A stretch of DNA of 64,000 nucleotides from Octopus sinensis (lineage: Eukaryota). Shown here one piece after another: positions 27,445 to 39,675 of this stretch (positions within the stretch are counted from its first letter, which is position 1; each line of letters starts with the position of its first letter). Location of the stretch: positions 1 through 64,000 of the forward strand of contig NW_021824850.1 in assembly GCF_006345805.1 (NCBI RefSeq). Reading direction: 5' to 3'. Made by a program: the position numbers and the translations under genes. Below the pieces are notes generated by a model. It was not told the DNA's origin. It saw only the letters and a program-made list of their open reading frames with translations, and made no database searches.

Positions 27445-27681
27445 CATATACAAATAATATATATACACGAGAAAGTATATATATATAAATATGCATATGC
27501 ATACCTAGACACATACACACACACACACATATATATATATATACACACACATGTATATGCATATACATGTGTGTATATATATGTATGTGTGTGTGTGTCT
27601 AGGTATGCATATTCATATATATATATATCTATGTATATATATATATATATGTATATATATATAAGTATGCATATACATGCA

Positions 27682-27730
<49 letters not shown>

Positions 27731-28427
27731 GCAGTTAGACACATCATTATATACATATATGGAAACAAAACTAACATGTGTGCGTGTATCTCAATGTGTA
27801 TGCGCAACCGACTCCATGTTTGTGTGTACGTGTGCCTTTGCGTGTACATGTGGTGCAGAAGTATATAACCACACACACACACACCACACACACGCGCACA
27901 CACACACACACGGCGTGTATGTCGTGGAATAACTACGTTGCATGATGGCAAGTTGGACTGCTTAATGAGTTCGTTCATTAATAATGAAAACGTTGAGCGG
28001 AGATATATAACTATTTGTTGAAGCACGAACACGGCTCCGCCGAACTGCGGCCGTAGACTAATATTTCAACAAAAGGTGGAAATTATTCAGAAACTCTTGG
28101 AATATGATTTGTGTCTGTCATGTTTATCTGGGAATAAATTCAGTGTAATTAGCAATTACTGTCCTAGACTGTAATAATCTACTTTTTGACCTTAACTATT
28201 TCCTTTGTAGAGTGAGTCGCAGCGGCTGGCTAGTTTTGCTTCTCTTTTTATACACTTCATCGCATTTATTTTATTTCCGTTTTCTTCTTAACTAGCAAAT
28301 TTCTTTGTGCGTGCCTATCTCTGTTATGCGCAATGAACTCTCTCTCTCTCTCTCTCAATCGCTCAGTTCATCAAACTGAAACATGAGCATTGTATAGTTC
28401 TATATTTAAGTGATGAGGAATTATGTA

Positions 28428-29417
28428 CATTATTTACATTTTTTACATTATTTACATTTGACGGATATTTGTACTCATCTTGTTTGTTGTTAATACAAGG
28501 TTTTGGCTGATGTACCCTCCAGGAATGCCTGCTGATTGTCTTTTTTCCTTTTTTATTTTAAATAACACGCACCAAATATGGATTCAGGACATCCGTATAC
28601 CGCAAGCCGACCTTTACTGGACGATACCTCAACTTCAATTCCCACCATCCATACTGTGTAAAGAGAAGGATTGCTCAGTGCCTAAAAAATCGTGCAATGA
28701 ATATAAGTAGCAATCGTGATACCCACCACGAAGAAATGATCAAGCTCAATAACGATCTCTTAAGCAACAACTGCTCCAAAAATATACTATCCACTCCAAT
28801 TATGAAGAAGAGAGAGGATTAGGCCGATAAACTGTCCACAGTCTGTCTATCCTATGTGAGAGGCCACTCCGAAAAGTTACAAAGTATATGTGACCCATAT
28901 GACATCCGGACAGTATTCAAGAGTAATACAACACTTCGCAAACATCTCCTTCGAATAAAACCAATAGAAGAGAATATGACCAAATACTGCATGTACTCCA
29001 TCCCATGCAGCTGTGGAAGTTATACAAAGGCGAAACATGCCGCCCACTCAGAATAAGGGTAGACAAATATCACAAAGCTGTGACATGAGGAGATATTGAT
29101 AAATCGGCTATAGCTGATCATGTATGGAAAAATGGAGACCACTTCCCCCTGTGGGATGAAGTTAAAATAATAGACAGAGAACACCACTGGAAAATACGAA
29201 AACTAAAAGAAGCAGCACATATGCTAGAACACAACAACCTCCTAAGCAGACCGAGTGCAATTATGAGCAGCATATGGGAACCGGTATTAAGGAAGGATAG
29301 GAAAATTTTAGATTTATATGCTCTAAAATTTACTCCATAATTGCCCACGGGCATATGGCATAATGGTTAAGAGCGCGGGCTATTAAGATTCCGACTTCGA
29401 TTCCAGGCAGTGACCTA

Positions 29418-29500
<83 letters not shown>

Positions 29501-29631
29501 CCCAGGTTCGAAATTTCCGCGAGACACCTGATGTAGGCTGGAGGTTATATCAGCCGAAACGTTGTGTTAACAACAAAGAAGGTGATGATGAATATCCATC
29601 GAATATAAATAATGTAAAAAATGTAAATAAT
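28428..29631 (+). mobile_element. Penelope-like element remnant (RT thumb plus GIY-YIG endonuclease) with an inverted 5' copy of its terminal repeat
   Basis: From 28562: ITRTKYGFRTSVYRKPTFTGRYLNFNSHHPYCVKRRIAQCL...YVRGHSEKL...CMYSIPCSCG, then after a frameshift YKGETCRPLRIR...KSAIADHVW...WDEVKIIDREHHWKIRKLKEAAHM (ends 29340). These are hallmark PLE motifs. 28428-28523 is the reverse complement of 29537-29631. Confidence 0.9.
29524..29567 (+). ncRNA. Minimal type I hammerhead ribozyme of the PLE terminal repeat (A9-to-U, probably inactive)
   Basis: ACAC-CUGAUGU-A-GGCUG(GAGGUUAUAU)CAGCC-GAAAC-GUU-GUGU: stem I ACAC/GUGU, stem II GGCUG/CAGCC, palindromic AACGUU at stem III. Confidence 0.6.
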
Positions 29632-29941
29632 ATGAGCATTGAACATTTACAGAGTCGTTGTTGCTGTTTAGCCCTCTGTTAGTCGTAACTTTAAAGACAT
29701 CAGCAATGCATAATTCTAGTAGGCGGACTGCCCCCGTTGTCATCATTTAAAAATTGTTGTTCTTTTCGTTGTTGTTTTATCCCGTTCATCTCATCTCTTT
29801 TGTTGCATCTATGATTACATTCTCACTTTTATGATGCTGGATACATGAATGATATATATCTGGCGAGTGAAAATACCTCATAGATACATTCTCTTCGTTA
29901 TCTCCAGTAGAGTGCAACAAATCTAGCATTTTTTCCGTTAG

Positions 29942-29950
29942 ATTGAAAAG
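29942..29950 (+). CDS. Candidate 9-nt micro-exon (ATTGAAAAG)
   Basis: tagcattttttccgttag|ATTGAAAAG|gtaagc: good acceptor, strong AAG|gtaagc donor, frame-preserving and open in phases 0 and 2. Confidence 0.3.
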
Positions 29951-30454
29951 GTAAGCTCGTAATTTCTTATTGGCAAATTTCGTAGTTTAGACCAGTGGAA
30001 TTCCCCAATAAAAATGTGTTTACCAATCGATCAACTATTAACGCCGAGAAATATTTGCATAAAACGTTAATCGATCTCTACGTGAAAATACGTGTATATT
30101 GCAGTCGTATGAGATATAGAAAATACATACCAGCTGAATCAAATAGTGAATAATCTCTCTTATTGTTCCATTAAGATTTGCTTTCTGTTTTTATAAAATC
30201 ACAGAACCCAGCTTCATGAGAAAGTAGCAAAATGCAATATATAACAGTTAGCGAAAATGCCAAAGATGCTGACTTTGACATGTACAGAGGCCAGTAGTCA
30301 AAGTAAAAGTATTTGTTAGTGATGACCGCGTAATATGTTTTATTTTATGGGCTACCCAATATAGAAACAAAAACGCCGAGAACAGAACGGAAAACTCAAA
30401 CGGAAAACTGTTTTCTGGGTTTTTGAAGAACAGTAACGCGCTCACGTATGTTTA

Positions 30455-30897
30455 TACTTCTATCTGTTTCTTTATTTTATGTTTCAGTATATAGGATGCG
30501 GCTATGCTGGAACACTGCCTTGAAAATATTTAATCAACGAATCCACGTCAGTAATTATTTTTTAACCCTGGTACTTATACTATTAGTCGCTTTTATCAAA
30601 CCACTGCTAGGTTACAAGGACTTAAACACACCGATACCAGTTGTCAAATGATGGTGAGGGACAAACACACACACACACACACACGTGCGCGCGCACACGC
30701 ACGCACACACACACACACATGTATATGTATATATGATGGGCTCCTTTGTTTTCCGTCTACCAAATTCACTCATAAGGCTTTAGGCTACCCGAGGCTACAG
30801 TAGAAGATACCTGTCCAAGGTGTCATATTGTGGGACTGAACCCGAAACCATCTAGCTGGGATGGAAGTTTCTTACCAAACGGCCGTGCCTGAGCCTA
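30455..30897 (-). mobile_element. SINE family C (CORE-like), degenerate
   Basis: Bipartite structure around a CA repeat; homologous to 43290-43740. Confidence 0.75.
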
Positions 30898-30914
30898 ATA
30901 TACACAATAAATTC

Positions 30915-30958
<44 letters not shown>

Positions 30959-31548
30959 ATATATAAATATATTTGCGTGGGAGGGACATATCTATCCTTG
31001 TGTGTCTAATATTATACCTGCATATATGTGTGTGGTTACCGATTTGGTATTCGTAGGTGGTGAAGTGGAACGACATAAAAATGTATGCATTCTACGTTAC
31101 AGTAATGGCATTCACAGCCCATCATGTGTGTTTACATATTTCAAATAAATTTTCCTACCAGGATTGAAAGGTTTACTCACATCCCAGTGCACTCAAACGT
31201 GTTGAATATGCCTTTGCGTGAACACATTTCACTTAATGCTGCTTCGCGTGACATTATATATCAAATTGTAGTTCAACCAAGATTTAGGTATTTTACCATA
31301 TAAAACATCTGCTGTTTGGATAAGAATACTTTCGTTCTTACGGAATGATGACGCCAGGTTTGGTATTCATAGCTGACTAAATGAAATAATCCAGAAATGC
31401 ATGCATCTCATGATTCAAGGAGGTTATTCAGAGCCCATCTTGTGTTTTCACACATGTCTAAGAGGAGACTTTTTCTCGGGATTTTCTTATCTTCGCAGTG
31501 GAAAATCTCACGTCCTAGTGCACTCGAACATGTTGTGCATGACTGTGA

Positions 31549-31842
31549 GTGTGAAACGGCTTAGTGGTTAGGGGGCATTCGGCTCATGATCGTAAGGTCA
31601 TGAGTTCAATTTCCGGCGGTGCGTTGTGTCCTTGAGCAAGACACTTTATTTCAAGTTGCTCAAGTCCATTCAGCTGGCAAAAATGAGTGGTACCTGTCAT
31701 ACTCAGTGTCACGCTGAATCTCCCCGAGAACTACGTTAAGGATACACGTGTCAGTGGAGTGCTCAGCTACCTGCTCGTTAATTTCACGAGCAAGCTGTTC
31801 CATTGATCGTATCAGCTGGGACCCTCGTCGTCGCAACCGACT
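31549..31842 (+). mobile_element. tRNA-derived SINE with CORE-like gtgtccttgagcaagacact motif
   Basis: A-box ggcttagtggtt, B-box gagttcaatttcc, and tail gagaactacgttaaggatacacgtgtc shared with 1414-1540. Confidence 0.8.
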
Positions 31843-31853
31843 GATTGCTCCTG

Positions 31854-31898
<45 letters not shown>

Positions 31899-32299
31899 CA
31901 AAATAAGCAACACGGATATCCAGAGGTAATGCAGTACGATCGTTTCATGCGACACCATACACTCCATTTTTAATTATATGGATAATACCATACTAAATTC
32001 TGGTGCCTTTAACTTAAGTACCACATTCAACTGAATCTAAATGTTACTGAACCTATATATACATATTAAATATACCAAAAAGTGCAGATACAAAGGGTAT
32101 ACATACATTTATACACACACGCGTGCACACAGACACACATATAAATAAGAGACAGAGAGGATGAAAATGTGACGGCTTGAGCAACTGGATCCTTGTTGAA
32201 GCCTCATTATAATAGCTTCTATGTTATGTATTATCATCGGATAATACCTTCTCCATTAGTATTCTTACGTCACGAAGCATTGAGTGAAAGCCCGTGTAA

Positions 32300-32760
32300 T
32301 CGCCCAGTCTTGGAAAGATAATGACCAAATATTCTTCAAATTACGCTCTACTTTTAATCTCTCATATACAAATCCGATCCAGAAGTACAGATAATGATCC
32401 TCTTCGTAAATTTATGAATTTCGATATAGTTGAGTTCTGTACGTCTCTAATTAGATTCTCTCTTCAAATATCTTTAGAATTCAGTTGAGGTTTTATTCCA
32501 ATTAGTGATTCGGATATTAAAATCATTATGCATATGGTGAAATCTTTGAAAATTATGATTATTCTTTTGGGAGTAAATGTAATGACCAGAAATTCTTTGA
32601 TGTAGTCATCGGATCAAATGAAGGCACTGGAATTTGCTAATTAATAGGATTCTACGTATTAGACTTATTTCTCCGTGGATTTAGGATTTTACTGAGATCA
32701 ACGATTACTTATTTTGGGAAGTAGATAACGTTAGGTGCTTTCATAAAAGAATTCATTAAC
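32300..32760 (+). mobile_element. Decayed Penelope-like (Neptune-type) reverse transcriptase fragment
   Basis: MNFDIVEFCTSL (cf. FDIVEFYPSI)...ISDSDIKIIMH..KSL, and FDVVIGSNEGTGIC*LIGFYVL (cf. FDVTMGSYDGAE.CELVGLYIL). Stops and frameshifts present. Confidence 0.75.
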
Positions 32761-33215
32761 ATATACAAAATACAACAGTGAAAGATCGCAGGAGATACGA
32801 AACTAAGCATATATCATTTCTTTGATAGTACGAGATTTATACATTGGTAGGTATTGGTCTTGTAGTGAATGAAACGTAAGGTTGTTGAATATTAATGTAA
32901 ATTGCAACTACTCCCAGTAGTTCTGAACTCGTAGTTAATAACATAATTAAGCGCATATCAAACTGATCATTTGATGAGAAATATTTTGATTGTGTTGCTC
33001 ATTATTACAATAACGAATTATTAGGCAGTAGCTTCAAAGCTATAATACATTCTGTACACAACAATACCAAAATATGATAAACGCCAAGGTAGAAAAAAGC
33101 AAACGATAACTGTTTCAATGTTGCCGGCTGAACAGATGCTTTGATCAAATTATTTTTGGTGGAAACGCTATCACGTTCCAATGTTGACTGTATCATTCGA
33201 AAATATATATGTATC

Positions 33216-33513
33216 TATCACCGTGATCACTGTGACCGACCAGGCTAGCAGATGTCGCTACACATCGCTGGTCATAATGCGCTTCGCATTGTTTCAGCCT
33301 TCAAATGACGCCACCCCGCTGGCTAAGCGAGCAGGCCAACAAAAGAGTGTAGCGAAAGAGTACAGCAGGGATCGCCATCACCCCCTGCCGGAGTCTCGTG
33401 GGGCTTCAGGTGTTTTCGTTCAATAAACACTCACAACGTCCGGTGTGGGAACCGAAACGGCGATTCTACGACCGCGAGTCTGCTGCACTAACCACTGGGC
33501 CATTGCGCCTCCA
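33216..33513 (-). mobile_element. tRNA-derived SINE, family A
   Basis: Homologous to 15868-16175 along its length. Confidence 0.9.
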
Positions 33514-33674
33514 TATATATATATATATATATATTATGTGAAATAGAAAGATGAATAATCTTGTAGTAGATTAATCAAAAGTTTAACCGATACCTTAGTA
33601 GCAAAAATCCCAGCAGTAAACAGCACGGTTGGAGGTACAACCATATGGTGTTGCAACCGTGCGTTGGTGCGGAT

Positions 33675-33717
<43 letters not shown>

Positions 33718-33780
33718 CACACAGACTCACACAAACACGCACACACACGCGCGCGCACACACACACACGCGCGCGCACAC

Positions 33781-33862
<82 letters not shown>

Positions 33863-34932
33863 ATATATTGCAGCGCTTGTTGTCTGCTTTACTTATTTAA
33901 ATAATCGGTATCGTGAAACACAGTTATAATTCAAGAAGTCTCACTCTCCTTTTCAAATGTATATACTCCATTTTACTTTACAGTTACTTTTCTTTACACG
34001 GTTCTAAATGCGAACGTTTCCCTGAATCTCTCCCATCATCTGCATCTCTCTATATAAAAAGGTAATAATAATTTGATAGCATAAATACTATATACATAAT
34101 ATAATACGTCAAATATATATAAGGATAATATATAAGTGATACAACCCATGTAATATGCATACCATACATATTACGTATATATTTATATATTATTACATAT
34201 TCATATGTAATATATATAAATATGCAATATATATATGCTTATATGATTATATATGTAAAGGACATATTTGTGTGGTAGGCATACATGCATACCCCCCCCC
34301 CACACACATAAAAGGCATAACACTAGCTATGTACAGTATCGATTTATTATTTATTACCTGATTTCGACAAAACAAATTATCATACCGTAGTCAAATTTTC
34401 ACAAAATTAATAATGTGAATGATGCAAACTCAAAAAGTTCACTATTCAATTCCAGCATTAAATTTTTGGCATTGTATCACCGAGAAGAAGCGTGATAATG
34501 TATAGACAGACATATTTGTAAAATATTATTCCTCGTGTTATGATTGTGCGTCAAAAATATAACATATTTTTGACTTCAGTTGCTAAGATCAGAACGCAAT
34601 ATAGATTCATTGATTCGCATGCTAAAACCCTTGATTTTTTTGCGTTTTTATTATTTGTTTAGTTTCCGGTAACGTCACTTTACGCAGAACTTGATAAAAT
34701 CAGTACCAGACAAAATATTTCAGTCACGATCCACAATGAAAAACATAGAAGGCATAGCCCCAAGAATGAAAACTATTAAAACTATATAAGAATTATACAA
34801 TTCCAAATATGTTCACATATATGTGTATGTCCGCGTTCACGCCGACATGTATATATGTTTAGTAGGTACATTTGATACGTTTATATATTTGTGGTGCAAG
34901 ATTTTTTATGTGAAGTCGTGTGTTGAAACAGA

Positions 34933-35174
34933 TATTGTTGTATTTCGAAATGGTCATTTTGCAAGTTTAGCTAATAAAAACACACGCACTATATGTTTGA
35001 TGCTACTTTGCTTCAGTGTTATTTATTTATTAATTTTTAAATTTTTTTTACATTAATCTTAATTAAGATTAATGTAAAAAATAAATAACACTGAAGCAAA
35101 GTAACATCAAATATATAGTGCGTGTGTATTTATTGGCTAAACTGGCAAAATGACCATTCCGAAATACAACAATA
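34933..35174. repeat. ~240-bp near-perfect palindrome with no loop
   Basis: Arms tattgttgtatttcgaaatggtcattttgc...aacactgaagcaaag... are reverse complements. Centre acattaatcttaattaagattaatgt is a perfect palindrome; one ~20-nt bulge. Confidence 0.9.
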
Positions 35175-35798
35175 GGTACATTTGAATTTTACATTTAATA
35201 ACACTTCTATCCTCCATGCGTCATACACATCTACACATTAATAAAAACTTATTCTCACAAGGGTGGGAGAGATCCTTTTCTAAGTCTAAAAATACAAACC
35301 TGACGAAGTGTCATCATTACATCCCTATGCCCACGTACAATTCTGATATATACATCAAAACCATATTTTAATACCGTCTTACAACTGAAATATCTGCAAT
35401 GAACTTATCGTCGGTTAGGTTGTGCGTCTGTTTTCTCAAATGGCATCCTGTTTGTTATCAAATTGGTGAAAGTAACTAGGAAATGTGAAAGGTACAGAGA
35501 AAAACCCAACAAAAATGTATATGTTTATCGCTCTTTATACAACACAACTTTTGTCTTAGTTCTTTCGCTACGTTTTTTGTATTTTTTATCAAAATTTCTT
35601 TCGAGATTCCCACTAAACAATTTGTCTGTGTTCTATCTTTATTTTGGGTGATGTATGGTTTATATCAGCTTACAAGTATTTACTTAGCATCATCTATGCA
35701 GTCTTACCTCCCCCTGCTCCTGTTCTTTTGCGTTACTTGAGATTTTCGGCCTCTGTGTATACATATACGTAATTGTATGTGTAAGTATGAATGTAAGC

Positions 35799-35861
<63 letters not shown>

Positions 35862-36489
35862 CATACACATACACACATGCATGCAAACTTGTATATGGTT
35901 AAATATGCATATGCCTGTACGCATGTATGTATATATATACATATATATATATTTACACACAAGTAAACAGATACATTCATATATAAATATACATACACAC
36001 ACACACACATATATATATACGTACAAATATGTGTGTATATATACATGTATGTACGTACACATATATGTATATATATACATACATATATATAATATATATA
36101 TATATATACACATATACATATAAACGTATACATATACACACACATAAAGTTACCCCCACACACAAAAGCATGCGCGTACACGCACGTACACGCACACACA
36201 CATGTATGTTTTAAACACACGATGTTTGTTTTTTGCTTCATGCCCAATCCGTTCTATAATTATCTCTGGTCATTAGATGTATTATATATCTTTGTAAACA
36301 CACAATTTCTTAGCTGGCACAAAAAAACAAACAAACAAACAAAAAATACCCCAAGTAAAAACATTTGAAAGATCAACAAAAATTTTAAAAACCAAACACG
36401 AACAACAAGCTACTTTATTTTATCAGTTCGTTTTGGTTTTATGATTTGATTTTTGATTTACTTTGGTGGCCTTGTAGCCAATAGCACAT

Positions 36490-36585
36490 AAAATTATCAT
36501 TATCATCATTATTATTATTATTATCATCATCATTATCATTATTATTATTATTATCATCATCATCATTATTATTATTATTATCATA

Positions 36586-36643
<58 letters not shown>

Positions 36644-36761
36644 TTATTATTGTTACCATTATCATTATTATTATTGTTACCATTATCATTATTATTATAT
36701 ATTATTATTATTATTGTTACCATTATCATTATTATTATTGTTACCATTATCATTATTATTA

Positions 36762-36794
<33 letters not shown>

Positions 36795-36840
36795 CGTTGT
36801 TGTTGTTGCTATCGTTATTGTTGCTGTTGTTATCATTATT
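36490..36840. repeat. (ATT/ATC)n compound microsatellite
   Basis: Directly visible; includes a repeated ttgttaccattatc subunit. Confidence 0.95.
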
Positions 36841-37263
36841 ATTTTTGTCTGGCAATCGGAATCGTATCTTGAATTTGGCAGTGGGCGAAGTTAATGAAAT
36901 TATAACTTTTAAGAAGTCATAAAATTTCAGTTTGGTAAACAAACGTAGAGTACGTGATAAATGTGGTCGCTGGACATAAACAAAGTTTAGATCTTAAAAG
37001 GTTGAGAAGGGCAGGAATATTTTTTTTAAATGCAAAAGAACAAATTTACAAAAAACACAAACTGACAAAAAAAATTACGAAGACAAAAGGCAAAATAATC
37101 AAATATATCATTCCACCCCCACTCCACCCTTGATGGAGTGTTACATTTTAATACTAAAATTGATTTCTTAGATTGGCACAAGGCCACATTTTGGTGAAGG
37201 ATATAGTTGATTCTATCGATTCTAATATTTGTTCGCGATTGTACTTTGTCGACACCGGAAGGG

Positions 37264-37647
37264 CAAAAAGGCAAAATTTGACTTCTGTGAAATTGGAACT
37301 CACCCTTTTGAAAGTAAATCCTTTAAGTTTGCTTTTTGTATTTGGTTTTGAAAATTCTGTAAATTCGTGTGTTGGAGCATATTGTGTATTATCCTGGGAG
37401 GGCTATTATGCCAATATTAAACACAAGACCTGGTTCTGTTTTACTTGTCGATTCCGGAAGCGTAAAAAGTAAATTTCGATTTCTGTGATATTGGAACTCA
37501 CCCTTTTAAAGTAAATCCTTTAAATAAGTTTGTTTTTTGTATTTGACTTTGAAAATACTGTAAATTCTTGTGTTGGAGCATATTTTGTATTATCTTGGAA
37601 GGGGTATTATGCCAATACTAAACACAAGACCTGGTTCTGTTTTACTT
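37264..37647. repeat. Tandem duplication of a ~200-bp unique unit
   Basis: ttctgtga.attggaactcacccttt...aacacaagacctggttctgttttactt occurs twice, with scattered substitutions. Confidence 0.9.
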
Positions 37648-37809
37648 CTTCATATTTTTGCTTGTCAGTTATTTAACCATTTAGCCAATTGGTTAATCGA
37701 TTGTTTGATTAATAATTCGGCCAATCAGTCAATGTGCTAGGTTTGTCAAAGTTCTTTCGCCGCTATTCACGACCTCATTCGTGGCATGCTATCTCTACTC
37801 TGTCTGTCT

Positions 37810-37904
37810 GGATGTATGTGTCTCGTAGTTTACAGGTTATATATATATATATATATATTTTATATATATATATATTATATATATATATATATATATAGAT
37901 ATAT

Positions 37905-37938
<34 letters not shown>

Positions 37939-38036
37939 ATATATATAATCGAATTGGCTGTGTCATTAGAGCGATGGATAAACTGCTTTGCGATGTATGT
38001 GGATGTATGGATGTATGTGTCTCGTAGTTTACAGGT

Positions 38037-38076
<40 letters not shown>

Positions 38077-38141
38077 ATTATATATATATATATAATCGAA
38101 TTGGCTGTGTCATTAGAGCGATGGATAAACTGCTTTGCGAT
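37810..38141. repeat. Tandem duplication with identical unique flanks around a variable (TA)n
   Basis: ggatgtatgtgtctcgtagtttacaggtt-(TA)n-aatcgaattggctgtgtcattagagcgatggataaactgctttgcgat occurs twice. Confidence 0.9.
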
Positions 38142-38954
38142 ATTTGTTCCGGTGTTTTAAAGTTCTGAGTTCAAATCCTACCGAAGTCAATTTCCTATTC
38201 ACCTCTGTGGGGCAGAAAGTGAATTACCAATTCAGTATTGCAAAGCGGCTGAACGTTAGAGCACCAGGCAAGAGGCTAGTCCTTGCGTTCTGATGCAATA
38301 CCTGAAATGACATTGGTCTCAAACTGCATGGAGCTTTACCTTGCTTACGATTCCAGGACAATTAGTCTTCTAAGATACTATACAATCTTTCTTCCGCGTA
38401 AATGCATGACCACGTTTGACCTCTCAGCATTGCCAGGAAATATGGTGTTATTGATTGATGATAAATCTTTCAGGGGCATGTTATTCTAAATACTGAATAA
38501 AATAACTTTTTACTTTCATGTTAATGAAAAGAGCTACTGGAAGCGCTAACCATATTTCATGCTTAGTTTAAATATAATTTATCTGTAGCCTTCGGAAACT
38601 AATGGGACCGATATGGTGGGGGTTAAGGTCGCAGGTGTGATTGGGCGACACCTGTAGAAAAGTTTTTTTTAGAGATTTACATGGGATTTACATGTATTTT
38701 TTTAATAGAGATTTACATGAGATTTACATGTGATATATAAATCAAAGTTTTGGGTAGTAAGGGGATTAGATAAAGTTATTTTGTAAAGAGGGCTTTCACA
38801 AATATATAGGATATCGAATGTGCAGGGACTGGTGGTATTAACCAGTCCATTTTTGACGAGTAACTGTTGTACTTGAAGTAGGCCATGTAAGATGACAAAA
38901 ATAGTAGAAACAGATCATTGTCTGTAAGTCAATATTTACTATAGTTAAGGCAGT

Positions 38955-39145
38955 AAGCGAGCAGAACGTTAGCACGCCGAACAAAATACTTAGCGGAATC
39001 TCGTCCGTCTTTACGTCCGTATTTCCGCCCAGGGTGGAATTTGTCTATCATTCGTTTGGGCTCGTTGAAATAAATATCAGTTGAGTACTGAGGCCGACGT
39101 AATCGACATACACCTCCCACAAAATTGCTGGCCTTGTGCCAAAAT
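38955..39145 (+). mobile_element. SINE family B, rearranged or partial
   Basis: Head gcgagcagaacgttagcacgccgaacaaaatacttagcgg and tail gctggccttgtgccaaaattt. Confidence 0.6.
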
Positions 39146-39473
39146 TTGAAATCAATAGTTGCTATTGTTGTTCATTTTTATCCCTCGGTCAACAATGAAT
39201 CATCAAATTCATTCGATCCGTAACTATTCTGTTTTGGTGTTCTATTTTAAAGATGAAATTGCAAATTGAGTGAGACTTTGCTCTTATTTCTAACTAATCG
39301 AACGAACGTGAAGAATGATCTTTGTGAGGTAGTGGCAGTAACGTACTGGTGAGTGAGTCAGCTATGCACCGACTGAGCAGACCTATGATCAAAGGTATTT
39401 CAAATATCACCAGCTCGCCTTTTCAAAGAGTAACTAGAACTATATCACCTCACGTGTCTTTTCGTAATTTCAG

Positions 39474-39675
39474 ACAGTATAGGGTCTCCTAAGATCTCTT
39501 CGTTGGCTTGTTCGAGTACCAGATTGCAAACATATACAGAAGAAAATGAATCAACGAACTTCCAGTCGGGTGAATACAGAAACATCGTATCAAACCAGCC
39601 AGTTACAACTATATATATCTCTATCATGATAAAGAAAATTACTACTGACACGGCACCAGGAAGGCAAGTAGATTG
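39474..39675 (+). CDS. Candidate 202-nt coding exon (phase 1 to 2), product unidentified
   Basis: gtgtcttttcgtaatttcag|ACAGT...GATTG|gtaagt. Only the phase-1 frame is open: SIGSPKISSLACSSTRLQTYTEENESTNFQSGEYRNIVSNQPVTTIYISIMIKKITTDTAPGRQVD. Confidence 0.4.

Noticed and set aside
35708-35752. Minus-strand 45-nt exon candidate (RPKISSNAKEQEQGE) with a GAG|gtaaga donor
   Set aside because: The acceptor lies in TA/CA repeat with no pyrimidine tract, and the phase is incompatible with the phase-1 reading of the 10943-10969 candidate.
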